Source of the DNA: a virus
Taxonomy: Duplodnaviria > Caudoviricetes
Strand: one strand, 5' to 3'
DNA: 48,298 nt
IMG/VR virus record: IMGVR_UViG_3300048611_000085
Location: 1 to 48,298 of that record
Made by a program: the position numbers and the translations under genes. Numbering within the stretch: the stretch's first letter is position 1; each line of letters opens with the position of its first letter. Under the pieces are notes generated by a model. That model ran no database searches, was not told the origin of the DNA, and was given only the letters and a program-made list of their open reading frames with translations. Shown in pieces: positions 7,255 to 16,074 of the stretch.

Positions 7255-8720
7255 ATGAAGATCTACCTCGTCAGCCAACAGAACCAAGAGATTCAGCTTC
7301 GCCTCATCGCTGATGCAGGGTGGCCCAACGTGCTCTACTCCTACGTTTACACGAAGATCGAGCGGGATATGAGTCTCCCGAAAGGAACGGATCTCCTGAT
7401 GGATTCCGGAGCATATACAGCCTCAACGTGCGGGATTAAGATCGACAGGGAGGAGTACGCGGAATTCGTTCTACGGTTTGGCGAGATGTGGGGAGAGCAC
7501 TTTTCGAGAATCACATTTTTCACCCTCGATGTGATAGGGGATCAGGCCAAGACGTGGGAGAACTTCGAATGGCTTCGAGGAAAGGGTATTGACGTGATGC
7601 CGATCATCACCCATAACTGCACCAAGGATGATGTGAACCGGATCCTGGAGTTTGACGAGTTTGCCTGTGGGGGGGTCGTATTTGCTCCTGATGATGAGAT
7701 CATCCGATTTCTTTCGGTAGTTTACGGCCGCATCTTGGAAGTTAGGGGGAAGGACAGGCTCCCGAGAGTTCACCTCCTGGGATGCACGAGGGAGAACATC
7801 CTGAACCAGTTTCCAGTCTACTCGGCTGATACGGCGGCATGGATCGCTCCCCGGAAGTTCGGGAGAAGCCGATATCTGGGAAGGATCCCGAACTATTCGA
7901 TGGGCGGTAAGCAGGTGATCCCTCATGCTTGTCATCCTCTGGATGACCTTCATCCGAACAACTGGAACCCCAACGAAATGACGGGGGAGAGGATGGAGGA
8001 AACGATCCAATCCATTCTGCAGCTTGGATTCCGGGACGGGCTGAAGGTCCGGGAGGTTGACGGGTCGCTTGAGATTGTTGACGGTGAGCACAGGTGGGCC
8101 GCGATGAAGGAGATCATCGTCCGTTTCAAGGGGGGCATCATCTCCTTTCCCAAGGTGAAGGCCAACGGGGATATGTTCGTCCGAGCGTCGGACGGGAAGC
8201 CTCTCGGCCCCACGGAGGCGCATCCTGATCTGAAGATCCTATGTGACCGGGAAATGGCCCCGGTGATCAATTACGGGCCGGTGGGCTTGAAGGAGGCTCA
8301 ACTCCTCACCTACAAACTGAACAAGATCCGGGGAGAGCATAACCTCGTGAAGGAGGCCGATCTGTTCAAGAAGCTGATCGGGGAGAATCAGGATTTCTCG
8401 TTTCTGCTACGGGGCATGACATCTCTTACGGAGCAGTCCGTTCTTGATATGATCGCCGCTGCTGAATACGACTGGAAATCCTTTCAGGATCATTTGGACC
8501 AGAATGGTCAGGAAGCGCCCTCAGACGACGAATGGGCGACGATCGAGGTTCGGATACCAAAGATGCTGTACCAGTGTTTGAACGCGCGAGAGACCGTATC
8601 CTGTACGGGGTCGAGATACCCCAGAATCGCACGAAGCCTCCCGCGAAACTTGAACCCGTCAGAAACGGGCTCGCAATCGAATTGCTGAGTGCCGACTATC
8701 TGGCAAACCCAACGGAGTGA
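7255..8720 (+). CDS. dpdA: DpdA/TGT-like DNA guanine transglycosylase fused to a ParB-like domain (probable 1-nt frameshift near 8560; ends at 8688 as read)
   Basis: LMDSGAY, TLDVIGD, PIITH, ACGG, VHLLG, YSADTAAW TGT-fold motifs; then NNWNPNEM...EIVDGEHRW ParB motif. Confidence 0.8.
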
Positions 8721-8723
8721 ACC

Positions 8724-9203
8724 ATGCTTATCACAAAGGTTTTTCTGAAGAATGACAAGATCACGGTCAAGTTCGAGGAGAACGGCCTGATCCTGGGACT
8801 CAAGGATCCCGTCAACCCTATCCACCCCGACTTCCGCAAGGCGATTCATGCGCTCGCCCAGGATCTCCTGTCGACCTGCGAGATCAATACCCAGAAGGTT
8901 CACGCCTACGGCTGCTCTCTGAGGTGGGATGACGGAGAGATCGCAGGAGTAACCTATCAGGGCTACAAAGAGGTGGAGAGTGCGGCTTCGGGAATGGTGG
9001 TCCTGAATGCTCCCTTTAAGCCCTATGACTCGGGCCATGAATTCGGGATCGCTCCTGCTGCTCAGAAGCGGATTCAGAAGGTGATCAAGGAAGCCGAGGA
9101 ATTCGTCAAGGGCAAGCGGTCCCAACTCTCGCTCTTCATCACGCCAGAGGGAGATGTGGTCCAGAAGGAGACGGACGAGGAGGAATCCGACACGGGCACA
9201 TGA
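8724..9203 (+). CDS. hypothetical protein with QLSLF motif
   Basis: 159-aa ORF with GGAG SD. Confidence 0.7.
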   Translation: MLITKVFLKNDKITVKFEENGLILGLKDPVNPIHPDFRKAIHALAQDLLSTCEINTQKVHAYGCSLRWDDGEIAGVTYQGYKEVESAASGMVVLNAPFKPYDSGHEFGIAPAAQKRIQKVIKEAEEFVKGKRSQLSLFITPEGDVVQKETDEEESDTGT

Positions 9204-9508
9204 TCCTCTTTTCCCCCTTTTCGATCCGAATGCTGTTGTCGATCGTTCGTGGAGAGGATCGGATCGAGATCAGAGCGCGGGGGGATCGTTACGTGATCCC
9301 CCTTCGCTCTTTTCAGACAATGGTGATTGGTAAATCAGACGCCCTAATTATTCAGAGGAATGGTAAGACCACTACGCTACGGTGGGAGAGTTCTCGTCGG
9401 GATTGCGACGAGCCCCGGGAGGAACGATCAGAGGCTCGAAGAGACGATCAGCAGCCTCAAGGACAATTACTGGCCTCCGGGGATCGACGTTCTTGTTCAC
9501 CTCAATGA
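9200..9508 (+). CDS. hypothetical protein (3' end uncertain)
   Basis: ATGA coupling, but a 149-nt overlap with the next gene. Confidence 0.4.
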   Translation: MILFSPFSIRMLLSIVRGEDRIEIRARGDRYVIPLRSFQTMVIGKSDALIIQRNGKTTTLRWESSRRDCDEPREERSEARRDDQQPQGQLLASGDRRSCSPQ

Positions 9509-10094
9509 GGCGTGGGGACAACCACCCGGAGATCTGGGTAAATTTTCATTTGCCGAGGAGCATAACCCCTTCGACTACTACCTCTCGTGCGATGACGATC
9601 TCATCTATCCGAAAGACTACGTTTCCAGGACGGTTAACGCCTTGGATGCCGCATACGAGATCGGGGACTGGGAACATGTGATCACTTATCACGGCAAGAG
9701 CCTGAAAATCCAACGGGGGGTGAAAATCCAATCGTTCTACATGCATCCTTCCGAGGACTACCGCTGCCTGTTAGGTTTCGAACAAACGGTGTTTGTTGAC
9801 ATTCCGGGAACGGGGGTGATGGGGATGCACCGGGACGCTGCGATTCAATTCAACGACAACCTGAAGGAGCGCCGGGACGCGGGGGAGGATATGCTTCCTA
9901 ACGCTGCCGATCTCTACGCTGGCCGATTCTTTCGACAACGAGGATATGGAGTGCTCTGTCTTGAACATCCGCGGGGATGGATCAAGTACTCCCCTCACAT
10001 GCATAGCGGAGACACGATCTGGGATCAGATAGCAAAGAATCCGGATCTACATCGAGGCCATACGATGTTGGCCCGGGAGATCTACGGTCAATAA
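9360..10094 (+). CDS. GT-A fold (GT2-like) glycosyltransferase
   Basis: VGIATSPGR, GDLGKF, YLSCDDDLIYP (DxD), ITYHG, PGTG, ADL. Confidence 0.8.
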   Translation: MVRPLRYGGRVLVGIATSPGRNDQRLEETISSLKDNYWPPGIDVLVHLNEAWGQPPGDLGKFSFAEEHNPFDYYLSCDDDLIYPKDYVSRTVNALDAAYEIGDWEHVITYHGKSLKIQRGVKIQSFYMHPSEDYRCLLGFEQTVFVDIPGTGVMGMHRDAAIQFNDNLKERRDAGEDMLPNAADLYAGRFFRQRGYGVLCLEHPRGWIKYSPHMHSGDTIWDQIAKNPDLHRGHTMLAREIYGQ

Positions 10095-10106
10095 AAACCT
10101 GGACTG

Positions 10107-10655
10107 ATGCCAACCTCCTCACCCGATCCTCTGACGTTCATTTGCAACATTCTCATGCGGGAGCGACCAACCCGCGCCCTCGACCTTGGAACAGGATGGG
10201 GGAAGTATGGGATGCTCATCCGGGAGTATTGTGATCGATGGGGGACCGAACATGAACCCCGTAAGCCGTGCAAACTCGTTGGAGTCGAGGGGCATCGCCC
10301 CTACCTCACCCGGATCCATTCTGAGATCTACGACGAGGTGCTGACGATTGACCTTCGGGAAACCCTCCAGGGTCATGCGCTATGGAGTGAACCGTGGGAT
10401 CTGGTACTGGCTATCGATATCCTGGAGCATTTCGTGGAGAGCGAAGGGGTTGCATTGCTCACTCGGATAAAGGAGTCGCTATCCCCTCGCGGACTTGCCA
10501 TTGTATCAACTCCCGGGAATTGGAACCCCCAAGGAGCCGCGTTCGGGAATGAACTTGAACGGCATCGATCCTTCTGGTCAATGCCTCGGCTTTCAGAGTG
10601 GGGAATCGCTCGCCGCGTGGGGTCGCAAGTTATTCTGATTATGAGAGGAGAGTAA
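10107..10655 (+). CDS. class I SAM-dependent methyltransferase
   Basis: ALDLGTGWGKYG, VGVEG, DLVLAIDILEHF, VSTP. Confidence 0.85.
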   Translation: MPTSSPDPLTFICNILMRERPTRALDLGTGWGKYGMLIREYCDRWGTEHEPRKPCKLVGVEGHRPYLTRIHSEIYDEVLTIDLRETLQGHALWSEPWDLVLAIDILEHFVESEGVALLTRIKESLSPRGLAIVSTPGNWNPQGAAFGNELERHRSFWSMPRLSEWGIARRVGSQVILIMRGE

Positions 10656-10657
10656 CA

Positions 10658-11188
10658 ATGAAGATCATCACGATTGCAGGGATCCCGAGATCCGGGAATG
10701 TCTGGACGTTCAACGCCGTTCGGATCCTCCTCGAAGATGACGGGGCGGAAGTGACCTGGTCCGGATATCGGGAATTCAATCCCCAAGACGACGAGTCGAA
10801 CAGGCGCATCCACATCATTGCTGAACATGACTGGTTCTACGGGCTTGAGGAGATAACGGATCTCACAATCGTCCCGATTCGCAGGGTCGTGGAATGTGAA
10901 CGGAGTTGGATCCGATTCAGGGGGCAGAAACCGGATCTCATGCCGACATGGTTGGAGTCGAGGGATCGGTGGCTGCGGTCCTCGAAACTGGGGCTCGTGC
11001 TCGACTTCACGATGATTGACTCGCATCCGTACGAAGCCTGGACTACTGTTCTTCGAGCATTGAGGACAGCGGGATATCTGAGGCGAAGCCCTTCGGTATC
11101 TCTGTATCAATCGCTGAAGAATCTGAAGCCGCCAAAGAAGGGGCAGGATCCCACGAGCCTGCTCTGGCATAACCATATCACAAGATGA
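10658..11188 (+). CDS. sulfotransferase-like protein
   Basis: N-terminal IAGIPRSGNVW resembles the PAPS 5'-PSB loop (GxPRSGT/S). Confidence 0.55.
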   Translation: MKIITIAGIPRSGNVWTFNAVRILLEDDGAEVTWSGYREFNPQDDESNRRIHIIAEHDWFYGLEEITDLTIVPIRRVVECERSWIRFRGQKPDLMPTWLESRDRWLRSSKLGLVLDFTMIDSHPYEAWTTVLRALRTAGYLRRSPSVSLYQSLKNLKPPKKGQDPTSLLWHNHITR

Positions 11189-11802
11189 TGACCGTCGTTA
11201 ATCAGAAGCACCACGTTCCACAATGGGGGCTTAAAGAGTTCTATCCTCCCCGGGTGTGGATCATGGAATGGGTGAGGGAGAGCAGCACATGGCGGGAAGT
11301 GGGTTCGCGAGACGAGGGATATCCACACGACGTTCTTCCGAAGGATTGGACCGCGAGTATTAACGGGCCCGGAGGGTTCTGGTCGTACGATCCTCCTCCT
11401 CACGATAAGGATCGGTGGCCCAACATGGGGACGATCAATAAAAAGGGGGTCGTGGTATCCGCAGTATGGGATCCGTATCGGATGGAATGGCGGGAGCATG
11501 TCTTTGTCGCCTTCCCGGACGCTCCGACCTGCTTTATTGAGGAGTCGGCAATATTCGGGGAGGAGGAGTTTCGAATCCTCCAAAACAAAATGAAAATGAC
11601 ATTCGACCACGAAAAGGCGAAAAGAGCGCTCAAGGAACTGACTCGGGAGAAGGGTTTGAGGGAGCGATGCTATCCCCGATGGATCGATCAGGGGAGCATG
11701 ACTCCTGCGTCTGCTGAGGCGCATCTGAAGGCCCTGGATGAGGCAATCGAGATAGTACAGGAAGCGGTTGAGGGGACCCGTCCTCCGGAACTGTTCGGTT
11801 GA
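11185..11802 (+). CDS. hypothetical protein (possibly two genes, the second starting at 11590)
   Basis: C-terminal RERCYPRWIDQGSMT segment resembles a stand-alone small phage protein. Confidence 0.55.
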   Translation: MMTVVNQKHHVPQWGLKEFYPPRVWIMEWVRESSTWREVGSRDEGYPHDVLPKDWTASINGPGGFWSYDPPPHDKDRWPNMGTINKKGVVVSAVWDPYRMEWREHVFVAFPDAPTCFIEESAIFGEEEFRILQNKMKMTFDHEKAKRALKELTREKGLRERCYPRWIDQGSMTPASAEAHLKALDEAIEIVQEAVEGTRPPELFG

Positions 11803-11835
11803 GTACTATATTGGATCACTGAAAGGAGGGAAAGG

Positions 11836-11982
11836 GTGACAGATATTGTAACCGGATTACAGACATGGATGCAGCTTGCAGAAGCCTTCCTGGAGGATCC
11901 GGATCCGATGTGGATCGGCATTGCTGGAATGTTCATTTCTCTCTGGTTCGCATACAAAATCCTCGATAAGGAGAAAGACTAA
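11836..11982 (+). CDS. small membrane protein
   Basis: GTG after AAGGAGG; WIGIAGMFISLWFAY TM segment; TAATG coupling to the terminase small subunit. Confidence 0.55.
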   Translation: MTDIVTGLQTWMQLAEAFLEDPDPMWIGIAGMFISLWFAYKILDKEKD

Positions 11983-12572
11983 TGGATGCTGTCTGGCAAA
12001 GACTCCCGAATGAATCTGCTCCTGCTTATGAAGCATTCGCCTGTTATCGGGATATGGGAGGAGAACGAAGTATCGCGAAGGTCTCCGCACAGTTGGGAAA
12101 GTCGGGGGCATTGCTTCATCGGTGGAGCAGCCCGGCCCGACATAGCTGGGTTGCGAGATCGGAGGCTTATGATCGTCACATTGCCCGAGAGACGGAGGTG
12201 AGGACCGAAAGGATCGCGGTCATGTCGAAGGTGGAGGCGAGGACGAGGAGGATTGCGGTCTCGCAGACCCTTCTATCGAAGAGTGCGGAGGCGCTGCTCA
12301 AGAAGAAGCCGGACGATTTCACATTGCATGACGCCATGAGGGGGATTGCGATCGCTCTCGATCAACTCAGGAGGGATTACGATGATGAGCCCACGCATAA
12401 GATCGAGGGAGAATTGACCAGAATCGTCGCGTATTTCCCGGCGAACAACCGTCACCCGAAGGAGGGGGGAAAGATGGAATTGATCAAGGGTAACGGTCAT
12501 GTCAGAAACGGCAGTCCGGGAAGTTCGAATGGGACCCCAACCGGGGAAGCAGGAACTGTTCCTGGCGAGTGA
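11982..12572 (+). CDS. terS: terminase small subunit
   Basis: ES..AYEAF..Y.DMG..RS...RWS...W..R..AYD HTH-type pattern; directly upstream of the large subunit. Confidence 0.75.
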   Translation: MDAVWQRLPNESAPAYEAFACYRDMGGERSIAKVSAQLGKSGALLHRWSSPARHSWVARSEAYDRHIARETEVRTERIAVMSKVEARTRRIAVSQTLLSKSAEALLKKKPDDFTLHDAMRGIAIALDQLRRDYDDEPTHKIEGELTRIVAYFPANNRHPKEGGKMELIKGNGHVRNGSPGSSNGTPTGEAGTVPGE

Positions 12573-13914
12573 TGCCGACGTAGTATTCTATGGAGGAGGT
12601 GCCGGATCCGGGAAAACCTGGGGGCTTCTCTGGGACCCTATTCAGTTCACTCAGTACCCGGGCTTCGGAGCTACGATATTTCGCCGCACGTTCGCTGAGA
12701 TCGACGCGCAGGGCGGCTTATGGGAGGAGTCAACGGAGCTATACCCGCATTTCGGGGCCGTCCCGAATCAGGGGAGGCATATGTGGGTCTTCCCGAGCGG
12801 GGCAACGATCCGATTCGCTCACCTTCAGCACGAAAAGACGAAGTATCAGTATCACGGTGCACAGATCGGATACATGGGCTTCGATGAATTGCAGCACTTC
12901 ACGCAGTCTCAGGCCTTCTACCTCTTTTCGAGGAACCGATCTACGACAGGGATCCGATCAAGCATCCGGGCCGGGATGAACGCCGATGCAAACTGGGTCG
13001 CTGACTTCATACAATGGTACTGGGATGAGGATACAGGCTACGCCATTGAGGAGAGGGGGGGCGTCGTCCGATGGTTCACGGTGATCAATGACGAGTCGAT
13101 CTGGGGATCAACAAGGGCGGAGTGCGTGGCTCTGGCGGAGGACAAGGATCCCTACTCCCGTCACGAGATCATCCCCAAGTCTTTCACGTTCATTCCTGCC
13201 GATATCTACGACAACCCGATCCTCTTAGAGAAGGATCCGGCGTACCTGGGAAACCTCCAGACACTTGCTCCCGTCGATCGTGAGCGCCTTCTCGAGTCGA
13301 ACTGGAAGATCAGGAGCGGAGGGGGTAAGTTCTTCAACAAGGCCAAAGCGCCCCGTCTCGATCAGCCGATCCACGGCGGTATCCTGGTGCGGTACTGGGA
13401 CTTTGCGGGGACTGAGAAGGATTGGAGGACGAATGAGACGACCAAGACGGAGCCCTCAGACACCGCCGGGATACTTTTGCGCAGAATCGGGGAGGAGTGC
13501 TACATTGAGGATTATACGAGGGGAATGTGGGGACCTCCGGAAGTCGAGAGACGATTCCTTGAGACGAATGAGCAGGATCGGGAGTATGCAAGCAAGACGG
13601 GGGCAGTTCTCGCCACTCGATGGGAACGGGAACCCGGGTCGGCTTCGATTCGAGAATCCTACCGCCTACAACTTCTCCTGGACGGACAGGACGCCGAAGG
13701 GGAGCCTGTATCCGGGGATAAGTATCTGCGTGCACGCCCCTTCATGGTTGCCTGGGAAGCCGGGCGCGTTTCGGTTCTCAATCGGGCGTGGGCAGAGGCC
13801 TTTCTCAATCATCTCCACAACCAGAATCCAGGAAAGACCAAAACGGACGGGATGGATGCCGGGGCCGGCGCATACCGTTGTTCGATAAGGCTCGATGAAT
13901 ACGTAATCGCTTAA
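12499..13914 (+). CDS. terL: terminase large subunit
   Basis: PQPGKQ, Walker A GGGAGSGKT, Walker B GFDELQHF, nuclease YWDFAGT and DGMDA. Confidence 0.95.
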   Translation: MSETAVREVRMGPQPGKQELFLASDADVVFYGGGAGSGKTWGLLWDPIQFTQYPGFGATIFRRTFAEIDAQGGLWEESTELYPHFGAVPNQGRHMWVFPSGATIRFAHLQHEKTKYQYHGAQIGYMGFDELQHFTQSQAFYLFSRNRSTTGIRSSIRAGMNADANWVADFIQWYWDEDTGYAIEERGGVVRWFTVINDESIWGSTRAECVALAEDKDPYSRHEIIPKSFTFIPADIYDNPILLEKDPAYLGNLQTLAPVDRERLLESNWKIRSGGGKFFNKAKAPRLDQPIHGGILVRYWDFAGTEKDWRTNETTKTEPSDTAGILLRRIGEECYIEDYTRGMWGPPEVERRFLETNEQDREYASKTGAVLATRWEREPGSASIRESYRLQLLLDGQDAEGEPVSGDKYLRARPFMVAWEAGRVSVLNRAWAEAFLNHLHNQNPGKTKTDGMDAGAGAYRCSIRLDEYVIA

Positions 13915-13920
13915 AAGATC

Positions 13921-15474
13921 ATGGCAAAAATTCCCGTTGAGGATATTCTGAAGAACGTGCACCCCGTTTTCACTGCCCGGAAAGATGAATGGGAGGAGGC
14001 CGAGCGTCGGCTTCGCGGGGGGCGCGACATCTATGATGAGCTCGCAAAGTTCCACTGGGAGGAGGGGACGGAGAAGGGGGCCACTCACTACGAATCCCGG
14101 AAGCGAAAGGCCAACTATGTGAATATGGCCCGTCGCATGGCGGAAAAACTCGTCGGTCACCTTTCGAGGGAAGCCCCTATGCCGGGGAAGGGGCTGTTTA
14201 CCGGAACCCTGGGAGATATCCGACCGATGGACGAGCGGGATGGATCTCCTACGAAGGCTGAACTCCTATGGCACTCGATTGACAGGCCCTACGCAGGGCA
14301 GCACTGGATTTCATTCTGGGACAGCGCCCATATCAATGCAATGGCAACGGGGCACAGGTGGATATTCTGCGACACTCCCGCGGTAACGACGCTCAACAGA
14401 CCCCTGACCCGGGCGGACGATCTGACGATTCTGAGGCCGTATCTGTCGGAGCTTTCCCCTCTTTCCGTCCCGGACTGGGGGGATAACATCGGGGACTACT
14501 TCCGGGTCGTCAGAAAGAAGCGCGTAGTCAAGGCCAACGACTCCGGACAGCTTGAAGCCAAGACCAAGGAAACGAATCTTCTTCTCGTTCGCGCGGGATT
14601 CGACGGGTTCGGCGACGAGTATATTGGGGGGGGATGGTGGGACTATGATGAGGAACTGAACCTCCTCGATCATAAGCCGTGGCAGAATACCGGGGGGCTT
14701 GTTCCCTTCTGGCCCTTCTTCTACCAACGGGACCCGGATGAATTCTCCCGTTCCGGATTGACGGCGATTGGTCAGATATCTGTCTCTCACATGAACATCG
14801 ATTCTGCGGGAGACAACGATGCGATGGAGGGGGGGCAGAGAAGGCAGTTCATTATCGGGATCTCAGGTCCGGACCACGCAAAGGTGGTCAAGCAGATCGA
14901 TGAAGGATCACGTTTGGCGGGTATCCCGGCTCAACCGGACGGACGGAACCCCGCCATGTTCGACTCGGCCCAGGTTTCGGCGCATGAGGCAATCGAGAAG
15001 CGCCTCCAGAGGAAGGAGGAGTACGCCGCGTTCATCGCTATGGATGAACTGAAGGCGGGGACGAATGCTTCGGGGCTGGCGCGTGAGATGGAATTCTGGG
15101 ATGTGAAATCCCCCAGGCTTGCGATGATGGCAAGAGAGCGGGAGGATGCGGAGAACTTCGGGCTCCGATTCATGGCTATGCGATGGGGAGACAAACCGGA
15201 TGGTAAAACGGAATGGCCGAAGGACTTCGATATCAGGCCCGTTGTGGAGGATATCAAGGAGATCATCGACATTGCATCACTGGCTGGCGTATCATCCCCC
15301 GACCTCATGGCGGCGCTCGTGATTCAGGCCGCAAAGGAACGGGGTCTGATGCAGGCGCTTCCGGAGGACGTGGACGAGAAAATGATCCGTGAACAATTGA
15401 TAAGCTCGAAGGATCGGGATCGTCAGGCTCTCGATATGCTGAACAATGGGCAGGACGATATCCTGGAGACATGA
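13921..15474 (+). CDS. portal protein
   Basis: 517 aa immediately after the terminase; YESRKRKA, SGLAR and W-P-DF features of portals. Confidence 0.8.
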   Translation: MAKIPVEDILKNVHPVFTARKDEWEEAERRLRGGRDIYDELAKFHWEEGTEKGATHYESRKRKANYVNMARRMAEKLVGHLSREAPMPGKGLFTGTLGDIRPMDERDGSPTKAELLWHSIDRPYAGQHWISFWDSAHINAMATGHRWIFCDTPAVTTLNRPLTRADDLTILRPYLSELSPLSVPDWGDNIGDYFRVVRKKRVVKANDSGQLEAKTKETNLLLVRAGFDGFGDEYIGGGWWDYDEELNLLDHKPWQNTGGLVPFWPFFYQRDPDEFSRSGLTAIGQISVSHMNIDSAGDNDAMEGGQRRQFIIGISGPDHAKVVKQIDEGSRLAGIPAQPDGRNPAMFDSAQVSAHEAIEKRLQRKEEYAAFIAMDELKAGTNASGLAREMEFWDVKSPRLAMMAREREDAENFGLRFMAMRWGDKPDGKTEWPKDFDIRPVVEDIKEIIDIASLAGVSSPDLMAALVIQAAKERGLMQALPEDVDEKMIREQLISSKDRDRQALDMLNNGQDDILET

Positions 15475-15656
15475 AGAAACGGCTTTGGCATTGCTGGTAC
15501 TGTAAACAAGTAACGCAATCCTACGGGGCTGCTCATTGCTCTACCCCGGGTTGTCCTGGAGGGGAGTATCAGGGAATGCACCTCCGGGAAATTTCGAAAT
15601 GGACCCTTCTCCGGGCAAGGATTAAACTGAGATGCCGAGCAACGTTTTCTCGATAA
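15471..15656 (+). CDS. small Cys-rich protein
   Basis: ATGA coupling; CWYC...C...C. Confidence 0.5.
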   Translation: MKKRLWHCWYCKQVTQSYGAAHCSTPGCPGGEYQGMHLREISKWTLLRARIKLRCRATFSR

Positions 15657-15780
15657 CCAACGAAAAGGCCGGAGATTACAGGGTGAGCTTTGCGCTGATC
15701 CTGCCCCCTCGCTGGGTCGATACGGGGCAGACACCCAATCTGACTTCCTGGATTCTCTGGATGAACTAACAATTACAACC

Positions 15781-16065
15781 ATGATCCCCTTTCTTCTTCG
15801 ACGAGACGATGCTGACAAGGACCAGGACCCGCATTTCATCCTCAACCTCAATCAGATCACTCGCGTCGTGCCCCACACGATCCCTGCGGGCGATTCATTC
15901 ATCCTCGAAGCCCTTCACGTTTACCTCGCCGACGGGGACGAGCTTTGCTTGAGGGGGAATGACGCATTGCGAGTATGGCAGACCTGTCTCCGGCTCTATG
16001 AGCAAGTGTTCCCTCAGAAGGGTGCAATTCAGCTTGTCAAGGGAAATGGACTGGGCAGCTTCTGA
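15781..16065 (+). CDS. hypothetical protein
   Basis: 94-aa ORF (ILNLNQITRV). Confidence 0.6.
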   Translation: MIPFLLRRDDADKDQDPHFILNLNQITRVVPHTIPAGDSFILEALHVYLADGDELCLRGNDALRVWQTCLRLYEQVFPQKGAIQLVKGNGLGSF

Positions 16066-16074
16066 AGCGATGAG

